This document shows positions 1 to 11,035 of a DNA stretch of 30,567 nucleotides, in pieces. Position 1 is the first letter of the stretch. Every line of letters begins with the position of its first letter. Location of the stretch: contig DVMG01000198.1 in assembly GCA_018715105.1 (NCBI GenBank), positions 1-30,567 on the forward strand, written 5' to 3'. This DNA comes from Candidatus Ventricola intestinavium (lineage in GTDB: Bacteria > Bacillota > Clostridia > Christensenellales > Aristaeellaceae). A program made the position numbers and the translations under genes. A model generated the notes under the pieces. That model did no database searches and had not been told where the DNA came from. It saw only the letters and a program-made list of their open reading frames with translations.

Positions 1-210
1 CGGCTATGTAATCTCCGGTTCTGTCACTTCCGGCTCTGTAATCTCCGGTTCTGTCACTTCCGGCTCTGTGATCTCCGGTTCCGTCACTTCCGGCTCTGTA
101 ATCTCCGGTTCCGTCACTTCCGGCTCTGTAATCTCCGGTTCCGTAATTTCCGGCTCTGTGATCTCCGGTTCCGTCACTTCCGGCTCTGTGATCTCCGGTT
201 CCGTTCCTTC
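1..210. repeat. 15-bp coding tandem repeat, 14 units alternating as a 30-bp dimer, reaching the window edge
   Basis: Units CGGCTCTGT(A/G)ATCTC and CGGTTC(C/T)GTCACTTC alternate in register; one even unit reads GTAATTTC and the last unit is degenerate. Confidence 0.97.
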
Positions 211-714
211 GGGCGCCGGCGTGGCAAAGCCGTACAGCGCGAGGTATGCGTCCGCTTCTTCCGGCGTGGCCGGTACCGGAGACACCCCGCTTGAGAACAC
301 AATCGCGATGGTGACAGGCGGCTGGGCGCTGTCAGCACTGCTTGTGAAATACAGCGGCTCATCCGGCACATAGCCCACTTCCGGATTTTCGGCCAGCGAG
401 AACTGCGCAACCGTCGCGCCCTCCTGCGTGACAAGCACAAACTGGCCCGTCGGCAGCGCGGAAATCTGCTCCGGCGTGAGCGTACTTTGATCCACCCAAT
501 AAACGATATCCCCCAGGGTGGTTGTCACCGTCGTGACAGGGATGTTCTGCTGCGAGCCATCCGGCATGGTGACAGTCAGGCTCGCCCAAAGGCTGGCGAA
601 ATCCAAAACCAGCTCTGGCGCGCCCGTCATATCCTGCGCGGAGGCAAGCGGTGAAGCCAGCGCAAACACGGCGCAAAGCATCACGGCCATCATCCGACGG
701 ATGATCTGCTTCAT
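4..714 (-). CDS. Secreted acidic protein with C-terminal (E-I/V-T-E-P)n repeats; ends at an in-repeat TAG, possibly truncated
   Basis: ATG at 714 with AAAGGAGG RBS; signal peptide [26 protein letters not shown]; TAG at 6-4 replaces the GAG of the repeat unit. Confidence 0.8.
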   Translation of the reverse strand: MKQIIRRMMAVMLCAVFALASPLASAQDMTGAPELVLDFASLWASLTVTMPDGSQQNIPVTTVTTTLGDIVYWVDQSTLTPEQISALPTGQFVLVTQEGATVAQFSLAENPEVGYVPDEPLYFTSSADSAQPPVTIAIVFSSGVSPVPATPEEADAYLALYGFATPAPEGTEPEITEPEVTEPEITEPEITEPEITEPEVTEPEITEPEVTEPEITEPEVTEPEITEPEVTEPEIT

Positions 715-808
715 TTTGTTATCCTCCTTTTCCAGGTAAACCAAGGGCCTGCATGGTCAAAGGCTTACGCCCCTCCCCCTGCGCCCATACCTTTCCTTGA
801 CCGCTTTC

Positions 809-837
809 ATTGTAAAACGACAAAAGCCGCCTGTCAA
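809..837 (-). promoter_or_regulatory. Sigma-A promoter for the repeat protein
   Basis: TTGACA(837-832)-17 nt-TACAAT(814-809). Confidence 0.7.
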
Positions 838-1023
838 CTCCGGGGCCGGATTTGCCAAGCATTTGCTGCTGCTTTACGCGTATAAAACGAATCAGAGGCA
901 GGGATTCTTCCCGGCCAGAGCGAATTTACAGGAAGAAAATTCCACAGCCGTTTCCATCCTGCGTCCGGGCGCCGCCTTTTGCGGGCGGCATGGCGCCGGC
1001 TGACAGAAAGGAGCCTTTCTTCC

Positions 1024-1590
1024 ATGAACGATCATTCTCTCAGGGAAATCCCCTTCTCATCGCAGACCCTGTATGACGGAAAAATTCTGCATGTCGAAAA
1101 ATGGCAGGTCACCTGCCCGAACGGGCATGAAGCGGCCCGTGAAATCGTGGTGCACAAGGGAGCGGCGGCGGTCGTTCCCGTTTATCCGGATGGCACGACG
1201 CTGCTTGTCCGCCAGCATCGCGTGGCCGTTGACCGGATCACGCTGGAGATTCCCGCCGGCAAGCTTGACAGTGCGCAGGAGAATCCGCTTGACTGCGCCG
1301 TGCGCGAACTCCGCGAAGAAACCGGCCTGACCGCCGGACGCATGACATACATGACCACCATCCTGACCACGCCCGGCTTTTGCACGGAAAAAATTGCGCT
1401 GTATCTGGCGCAGGATCTTGAGCAGGGAGAAACGCATCCGGATGAAGATGAATTCCTGGATCGGATCCGCATGCCGCTTGACGAGGCTGTAAAGCGCATC
1501 CTGCAGGGCGAAATCTGCGACAGCAAGACGATTTGCGGCCTGATGATGGCCAAAGCGTGGATAAACAGCCAGGGGGAAACGCGGACATGA
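1024..1590 (+). CDS. Nudix hydrolase, ADP-ribose pyrophosphatase-like
   Basis: Nudix box GKLDSAQENPLDCAVRELREETGL; REIVVHKGAAAV, EIPAGK, SPG-like TPGF, DSKT; AGAAAGGAG RBS before ATG 1024. Confidence 0.92.
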   Translation: MNDHSLREIPFSSQTLYDGKILHVEKWQVTCPNGHEAAREIVVHKGAAAVVPVYPDGTTLLVRQHRVAVDRITLEIPAGKLDSAQENPLDCAVRELREETGLTAGRMTYMTTILTTPGFCTEKIALYLAQDLEQGETHPDEDEFLDRIRMPLDEAVKRILQGEICDSKTICGLMMAKAWINSQGETRT

Positions 1591-3323
1591 CCGCCTGGCT
1601 TCCTCTCCTGTCCTCGTGGACCATCCAGGCCCATTCGCTGCCCGATCGCCTGATCCGGGCAGTTCATGCCGGTTTTTCACTGCCCGGCGCGCAGGCGCTG
1701 CTTCCTTATTCAGATCTGCTTGATTCGCTTCCGGAAGCTTCTAAAAATCCCCCGGGCGAGATGCAGGCGCCCTTCTCCCTTCCCGCGCAGATTCCGGAGG
1801 ATGTGGAAGGCCCCGTAACCCTGTCCCGCGAAGTGGATTTCGGCGCTCTTCGGGCGCAAACCGCTCATCTGCGGGTGGAACAGCCCCGGGGCCGCGGCCG
1901 TGTGATGCTGGATGACGAAGTGCTTGCCGAGTTTGACAGCTCCCGCTTTCCCGCCTTTCCCTGCGAGGCCCCGGGCCTATTGACCCTGGATGTGACCGAT
2001 GCGCTGCGCCTGCGAAAGCGCCGCACGCTGCGCCTGTGCTTTGAGGCCGTGCGGCCCGCGGGCATCGCCGGCAGCGTGATGCTTCACGCCACGGCGCACG
2101 CCCGGCTGAGCAGCGTGCGCATCACCCCGGATCCGGCGCGCCAAAACATGCGTCTTTCGCTGGATGTGCAGGCCGATGATGCGGGTGTCTATGCCCTTCG
2201 CGCCCAGGCCGTTTCCCCGGGCGAGTCCCTGCCCGCCTGGGAAATCACCCTTGAACTGGATGCAAAGGCGCGCCGAACGGTTTCGCTGGATCTTCCCGTG
2301 CCCGCGGATCGCTTTCACGCCGGGACAGCCTATGCCGCGCCGGTGATAAAAATTCTGCTTTTCCTGCGCACACGGCAGGCGTCCGTCCTGCCCGGTGTGC
2401 TGTGCGACAGCATCACGCAGATGTGCGGCTATCCGGGCAAAGCGGCCCCCTTTGACCTGCCGCTGACGCCGGAAGAATGCTTTCAGCCGCCGGATCCCCT
2501 CATCATGCGGCTCAAAACGCTGGCGCTTCCAGGTGTTTTTCTGCCTGTGGCCGCACCGGATGCCCTCTATCGCGCTTTGACGCGGGCGGCCATCGCCGCA
2601 CGCCAGCTCACCGGCGGCGATCCGGCGCTGCAGGCGCGTCTTGCCCGAATTCCGTGCGTCACATGCCAGCACGCGCCGGACGGCAGCGGGATTCCCCTGC
2701 CTCCTGAGCTGTCCGCCTGGCTGCTGTGCGGCCTGATCGCCTGTCCGCGCAGCATACCGGCTGATCTGACACCTGCCGAGATCCTTCTGGAGGTGTCAGG
2801 ACGGCCGCTGAACCCATGGGACAGCGGTGTGCGCAGTGTCCTTGAATGGCTGCGCGCGCTCTTCGTGCGTTTACGCGCCGAAGCCGCCCGGCAGGGGCGC
2901 CTGTCAGGGGCGATCTGCGCCCCCGGCGAATGGCATATTCCCGACATCGCGGATGCGTTGTCCACTGCGCTGGCCCCTCTGCATCTGGGCGTTCTCCCCC
3001 TGTGCGGCGCATGGTGGGCGGGTTCCCATTTCAGCGCATCGCTCCATGCCTTTGTCCCGCAGGGCGCGCTCTCCCCGCAGCAGCGCGCTTTATCCCTGAC
3101 GGCCACAGCTATTTTGGAGGATGAGGAGGGAAACGTTCTCGCGCGCTGTGACTGCGTCTGCCCCCCGGAAGGCGGCGCTCTCGGGACGATCAGCGCCATC
3201 CTGCCGGAATCCTCCTGCGTGCTGCAGCTGACCACCTGCATTCAGTGCGGCGGCACCACGCTTGAGCAGAGCGTTCTGCCCGTTTATGTGGGAACACGCG
3301 GCATGCTGGAAGCCGCTTTTTAG
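1587..3323 (+). CDS. Hypothetical protein with a degenerate GH2-like (beta-mannosidase/beta-galactosidase) scaffold
   Basis: ATGA overlap with the Nudix stop; RVMLDDEVLAEF, LDVTDAL, GIAGSVML, SSVRITPD resemble GH2 N-terminal and Ig segments; no recognisable NE acid/base motif. Confidence 0.55.
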   Translation: MTAWLPLLSSWTIQAHSLPDRLIRAVHAGFSLPGAQALLPYSDLLDSLPEASKNPPGEMQAPFSLPAQIPEDVEGPVTLSREVDFGALRAQTAHLRVEQPRGRGRVMLDDEVLAEFDSSRFPAFPCEAPGLLTLDVTDALRLRKRRTLRLCFEAVRPAGIAGSVMLHATAHARLSSVRITPDPARQNMRLSLDVQADDAGVYALRAQAVSPGESLPAWEITLELDAKARRTVSLDLPVPADRFHAGTAYAAPVIKILLFLRTRQASVLPGVLCDSITQMCGYPGKAAPFDLPLTPEECFQPPDPLIMRLKTLALPGVFLPVAAPDALYRALTRAAIAARQLTGGDPALQARLARIPCVTCQHAPDGSGIPLPPELSAWLLCGLIACPRSIPADLTPAEILLEVSGRPLNPWDSGVRSVLEWLRALFVRLRAEAARQGRLSGAICAPGEWHIPDIADALSTALAPLHLGVLPLCGAWWAGSHFSASLHAFVPQGALSPQQRALSLTATAILEDEEGNVLARCDCVCPPEGGALGTISAILPESSCVLQLTTCIQCGGTTLEQSVLPVYVGTRGMLEAAF

Positions 3324-3510
3324 CCCCTCTTTTCAGTCATGCCTCTTCTGGCGATGAGCGCGCCGTTTTTTCCCTGTTTTCCCACTCCTGCCGGGTGGAA
3401 AGAAGCCGCCGCCCCTTTTTCCGGAAAAGATAAAAGAATCTGAAAAAGAAGGAGGAAAAAATTGAAGAGACACGCTTGCACGCCGCGATTCACTTTTTTC
3501 ATTTCACCCC

Positions 3511-3539
3511 TTTACAAACCCATCAAAACCGGGTATCAT
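3511..3539 (+). promoter_or_regulatory. Sigma-A promoter of the ileS leader
   Basis: TTTACA-17 nt-TATCAT. Confidence 0.65.
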
Positions 3540-3545
3540 AAGGAC

Positions 3546-3780
3546 GATATGAAACGCGACGACGCGGGACGCGCACGCCTTATGCCGCAAAGAGAGCCGG
3601 AGATGGGTGGAATTCCGGACGGACGGGACGTGGGAGATCACCCGCAGCAGCGGCCCCTTGAGGCAACGATGCTCAGAGGTGGACGGCTTCGCCCCGTTAT
3701 GGCGATAAGCGGGCGCTTTTGCGCCAAATTGGGTGGTACCGCGGGCAGCCTCGTCCCATGTGGATGAGGCTGCCTTATTT
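3546..3780 (+). ncRNA. T-box riboswitch with Ile (AUC) specifier
   Basis: AGAGA and GGTG boxes; ATC at 3637-3639 between GCGGG/CCCGC stem arms; AAATTGGGTGGTACCGCG at 3726-3743; terminator GGCAGCCTCGTCC/GGATGAGGCTGCC followed by TTATTT. Confidence 0.93.
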
Positions 3781-3800
3781 GCACCAACAGGAGGAAGCGT

Positions 3801-6929
<3,129 letters not shown>

Positions 6930-7053
6930 CATCGCGTTTTGCTCCGGTAAAACCGTTCCCGGAAAACGGGGCGCTTTGCTCTTCTTTCAGGGCGTTTATC
7001 CATGACCCGGCCGGATCAAACCAACGGCTTAAAAAGATGATGAAAAAGAAACC

Positions 7054-8367
7054 ATGAGAAAAATAGTCATCGCGGGCGCGGGGGCATATCATTTTGCCCC
7101 CGCCATTTTAGAGGATCTCTTTGTCCGTTACCGCATGCCGGTGGAAATCTGGCTCGTGGATGCGGATTTGGATATGGCGGAGCTCACCGCACGCGGCGCG
7201 CAGGCGCTGGCGCGCGCATTCGGCGTGCAGGCGCAGTTTTACTATACCACGCAGCTGCATAAGGCGATCTTTTCTTCCGATGCGGTGGTCCTCTGCTCGG
7301 ATTTTCTGGATGAAGAGGCCTGGCAAAAGGATTATGAGGCGCTCAGCAGCGTGGGCCTGGGCAAGCAGGTTCGCCTGACGGGCGGCCTCGGCGGGGCCAT
7401 GCAGACACTGCGGGCCGTAGGCTTTATTGCGGATGTGGCCGATCAAATGCACCAGGAATGCCCGGATGCCACGCTCATCCTGTGCGACAGCGGTTTCGGC
7501 GGCCTTCCGCTCTCCCGCGCGTGCGAAGCGGCGCAGTGCCATTGCGGCATCCGCACGCTGGGCGTCAGCGGGGTCGCCGAGCAGACGAGGCATCGCCTGG
7601 CGCTCTATCTGAATGTCCGAGAGGAGAACCTGCTCATCCGCTGTGCGGGGCTCAACGGCTTTTCCTGGGTTGCTCAGCTGAGGGACACGCAAAAAGGCGT
7701 GGATCTCCTTCCCCGCTGCATGCAGGAAATGCGCGAGGACAGCCGTGAACAGCTCAGCGCTCAATATATCGACTGGTATGGCGCCATCCCTGCGGGCACG
7801 CGTGTGACGCAGTATGAGCTGCTCGCCGATACGGACCTGAGCCCGCGCCGCACGGTGTTTCCCCTCTCCGGAGTGGGGGCGGCCGATTATGAGCTGCGCA
7901 AGCGCAATCTGGCGCTTTTAACGGTGCACGGCCCCATGCGCCCGCAGGGGCTCAAGGCCTGGGGACAGATCCGCACAAGCGGCCTTGCCTCGGCGCGGCC
8001 CATTGAAATCCTGCGTGCGCTGTGGGGCGAAGGGGAATGCCGGGTGGAGAGCCTCACCATGCCGTGCGACGGCGCGCTTGCCAGCGTGACCCCCGGACGC
8101 TTTGTGGAAGTTCCCGCGCAGGTGGATGCGCAGGGAGCGCAGGGATATGCCGTCACGCTGCCGGTGGAGCTGGAAGAGCTCATGGAGCAGTTGAGCCTGT
8201 GCAACCGGCTCTATGCCGAGGCGGCTGTCCGGGGCAGCCGCAAGGCTCTGCGCGAAGCGCTTGAAATCGATCCGGCGCTCACGGGCGTCGATCTGCTTTA
8301 TGCCGAGGAAGTGCTCGGCCAAATGATGGAGGGCCAGCAGGAAAAGCTTCCCCGCTTTTTTGCCTGA
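7054..8367 (+). CDS. GH4-family-like Rossmann protein lacking the catalytic and metal residues
   Basis: KIVIAGAG, LVDAD, GGLGGAMQTLR, CAGLN, VEVPA and EAAVRGSRKALREALEIDP match the GH4 layout; NP, CH and NH motifs absent. Confidence 0.8.
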   Translation: MRKIVIAGAGAYHFAPAILEDLFVRYRMPVEIWLVDADLDMAELTARGAQALARAFGVQAQFYYTTQLHKAIFSSDAVVLCSDFLDEEAWQKDYEALSSVGLGKQVRLTGGLGGAMQTLRAVGFIADVADQMHQECPDATLILCDSGFGGLPLSRACEAAQCHCGIRTLGVSGVAEQTRHRLALYLNVREENLLIRCAGLNGFSWVAQLRDTQKGVDLLPRCMQEMREDSREQLSAQYIDWYGAIPAGTRVTQYELLADTDLSPRRTVFPLSGVGAADYELRKRNLALLTVHGPMRPQGLKAWGQIRTSGLASARPIEILRALWGEGECRVESLTMPCDGALASVTPGRFVEVPAQVDAQGAQGYAVTLPVELEELMEQLSLCNRLYAEAAVRGSRKALREALEIDPALTGVDLLYAEEVLGQMMEGQQEKLPRFFA

Positions 8368-8391
8368 TCCCCAACGAATGGAGGAGCCCCT

Positions 8392-8928
8392 GTGATCACA
8401 TACAGACCGCTTTTGCCCGCGGAGATCACCCCTTCGCTGTTTTCCCGTTTTATCCGCCGCCAGGAAGGGACCCACTGCCTGCGCCGTGATGCGAACGGCA
8501 TGTGGCAGACTGTATTTTCCCCCTTTATCGACGATTGGAGCGCACAGGATGTTGCGTTTTTGTGCGACTGCCTGCGGCGCACGCTCGCATCCGGCGGGTT
8601 TGTGGCGGGCGCTTTGGATGAGGAGGGGTTTGTCAAGGGCTTTGTCTGTGTGCGGGCAGAGCCGCTTGGCCCATCCGGAGAATATCTGGATCTGGCAAGC
8701 CTCCACGTTTCAAAGGAGATGCGCGGCCTTGGCATGGGCCGCGCGCTTTTTGAAGAGGCAAAGCGCTTCGCCCGCTCACGCGGGGCAAAAAAACTCTATA
8801 TTTCCGCTCATTCCGCCGTGGAAAGCCAGGCTTTTTACGCCGCCATGGGCTGTGTGGATGCCTGCATGATTCAGGAAGAGCATGCGCAGCGCGAGCCGTA
8901 TGACCGCCAAATGGAATGCATGCTGTAA
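8392..8928 (+). CDS. GNAT family N-acetyltransferase
   Basis: Motif A LHVSKEMRGLGMGRALF; SQAFYAAMG; GGAGG RBS with GTG start. Confidence 0.9.
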   Translation: MITYRPLLPAEITPSLFSRFIRRQEGTHCLRRDANGMWQTVFSPFIDDWSAQDVAFLCDCLRRTLASGGFVAGALDEEGFVKGFVCVRAEPLGPSGEYLDLASLHVSKEMRGLGMGRALFEEAKRFARSRGAKKLYISAHSAVESQAFYAAMGCVDACMIQEEHAQREPYDRQMECML

Positions 8929-9193
8929 ACGCGGCCCCGGACGCATCCCAAAAGGGGCTGTCTGATGAATCCTGAACATGCCAAGAAGCAACTTTTCGGG
9001 GAATCATGGGTTTTTTTGAGTTTGGGGCTCTGCCCAACGCCCCGCCAAAGGATTTTCCGATCGCCCTTTGGAAACCTTCGGGCGCAAATTCTTCGTTTTT
9101 GCTTGAAGTTTTTGCTTGGAATGTCTGAATGCTTAGCCTGCCCCCAACCGGCAGGCCGCGGGTTGGATTCCGTGCCCTTTTTTCCGCCGGCCC

Positions 9194-9222
9194 TTGACAG
9201 GCCGCGCCCGTCATGCTATGGT
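9194..9222 (+). promoter_or_regulatory. Sigma-A promoter of the MBOAT-SGNH unit
   Basis: TTGACA-17 nt-TATGGT with extended -10 TGn. Confidence 0.7.
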
Positions 9223-9353
9223 GTTGTCTTGGAATTTATATCCGATAGCCGGACGGCTGGCAGGCATTCCCTTCCGCCGTTTTCACCCCCTTTAACCGGG
9301 CGCATATTACCGGTTGGCGGGAGCTTTTCCTGCCAATAGAAAGAGGAAATCCC

Positions 9354-10946
9354 ATGTCGCTTTTCACCCTCGTGTTTTTTTCCTTTCTGTGCGCGGGGTT
9401 CTATTACCTGTGCCCGCTGCGTTTTCGCCCCGCTGTGCTGCTGCTGGTCAGCTATGCGTTTTATGCCTATCACGGCCTGAATGCGCTTCCCTTCATCCTG
9501 GTCACGACGGCCAGCACCTATCTGGGCGCGCTGGCCATCGGCCGCCTGGGAGAAAGCAGCAGGGCGTATCTGCGCGAGCACAGGGACACCCTGAGCGCCG
9601 CGGAAAAAAAGGCGCGCAAACAGCGCGTGCGTGCCCGCCAGCGCATGCTCTTTTTGTTGACGCTTCTGCTCAATTTCGGCATCCTGGCCGCACTCAAGTA
9701 TCTGGAGCCGCTGCTGGGCCTGGGGGCCGCTCTGGCAGGCGCGGTCACCGGCAGGGAACCGGCGCCGCCGGCGCTTGATCTGCTTTTGCCGCTGGGCATC
9801 TCCTTTTACACCTTCCAGTCCATGGGATACCTGATCGACGTATACAACGGCAAATATGCCGCCGAAAAGAATCCCGCGCGCTTTGCGCTCTATGTTTCCT
9901 TTTTCCCCCAGCTGATCCAGGGGCCGATCGGCCGCTATGATCAGCTGGGGCCGCAACTTGCGTCCGGCCATCGCTTTGATTTTGAGGAGATCAAGCGCGG
10001 CGCGCTGCTGATGCTCTGGGGCTTTTTCAAAAAGAAGGTCATCGCCGACCGCGCTCTGCCGCTGGTGGAAGAGGTCTTTGCCAATCAGAGCGCATACGGC
10101 GGAGCCGTGATCGTCATCGGCGTGCTGTTTTATTCCCTGCAGCAGTATACGGATTTTTCAGGCGGCATCGATCTGGTCACAGGCGTTGCGCAGCTGTTCG
10201 GCATTCGCCTTGCTCCCAATTTCAGGCGGCCGTATTTCTCGGTTTCCCTGGGCGAATTCTGGCGGCGCTGGCATATCAGCCTGGGCAGCTGGATGCGGGA
10301 CTACGTCTTTTATCCCTTTGCGCTCACCCGGCCCATGAATCGCCTGAGCAAGATGCTCAAAAAGCGCGTGGGCACACACATGGCCCGCGCCCTGCCCGCG
10401 GCGCTTGGCAACATTCTGGTCTTTTTCCTGGTGGGCATCTGGCATGGCGCGCAGATGAACTATGTGCTCTGGGGTCTTTATAACGGCGTGATTCTGGCAT
10501 GCACCGCTCTGGCGGATCCCCTCTATAAGCGCGCCTGCGAGCGCCTGCCCCGCCTCACGGCATCCCGCGGCTTTTATGTGTTCCGCGTGTTGCGCACATT
10601 TCTGATCGTCAACATCGGCTGGTATTTTGACCGCTGTGTGCGGGCGGGCGATGCGTTTGCCATGCTGGGCAAAACCCTGTTTGACCCGCGGCTTTCCCAG
10701 CTTTCGGACGGCACGCTCCTGTGCCTGGGCCTCAAGCCGGGGGACTATGCCGTGCTGCTGGCGGCGACGCTTCTTCTCTTTGCCGTCTCCCTTCTTCAGG
10801 AGGCGGGCGTCAGGGTTCGCGATGCCGTGCTTTCCCGCCCGCTCGCGCTTCGCTGGGCGCTGATCTATGCCCTGCTTCTTTTCACCCTCTGGACATTTTC
10901 CGGAAGCAGTTCCGGCACAGGCGGCTTTATGTACGCGGTATTCTGA
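9354..10946 (+). CDS. MBOAT family O-acyltransferase (AlgI/PatA/DltB-like)
   Basis: LPLGISFYTFQ, FFPQLIQGPI, DFSG, NFRRPYFS..EFWRRWHISL, catalytic GIWHG; many TM segments; ends FMYAVF. Confidence 0.96.
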   Translation: MSLFTLVFFSFLCAGFYYLCPLRFRPAVLLLVSYAFYAYHGLNALPFILVTTASTYLGALAIGRLGESSRAYLREHRDTLSAAEKKARKQRVRARQRMLFLLTLLLNFGILAALKYLEPLLGLGAALAGAVTGREPAPPALDLLLPLGISFYTFQSMGYLIDVYNGKYAAEKNPARFALYVSFFPQLIQGPIGRYDQLGPQLASGHRFDFEEIKRGALLMLWGFFKKKVIADRALPLVEEVFANQSAYGGAVIVIGVLFYSLQQYTDFSGGIDLVTGVAQLFGIRLAPNFRRPYFSVSLGEFWRRWHISLGSWMRDYVFYPFALTRPMNRLSKMLKKRVGTHMARALPAALGNILVFFLVGIWHGAQMNYVLWGLYNGVILACTALADPLYKRACERLPRLTASRGFYVFRVLRTFLIVNIGWYFDRCVRAGDAFAMLGKTLFDPRLSQLSDGTLLCLGLKPGDYAVLLAATLLLFAVSLLQEAGVRVRDAVLSRPLALRWALIYALLLFTLWTFSGSSSGTGGFMYAVF

Positions 10947-11035
10947 TGGGCGGAGTTCCCGCGGCATGTCCGCGGGACAGGCGCCTTTGCATGCTGCCCC
11001 GCCCCGATTTTTCTACCTTCGCAGGAGGCATATCC

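Noticed and set aside
1-373. Repeat array as a CRISPR, or the plus-strand SGSVI-repeat ORF as a gene
   Set aside because: Units are contiguous with no unique spacers and no cas genes; the minus-strand frame has the RBS, promoter and signal peptide.
10721-11035. N-terminal extension of the SGNH-like ORF
   Set aside because: It overlaps the MBOAT gene; AGGAGG plus GTG at 11036 gives a proper membrane anchor.
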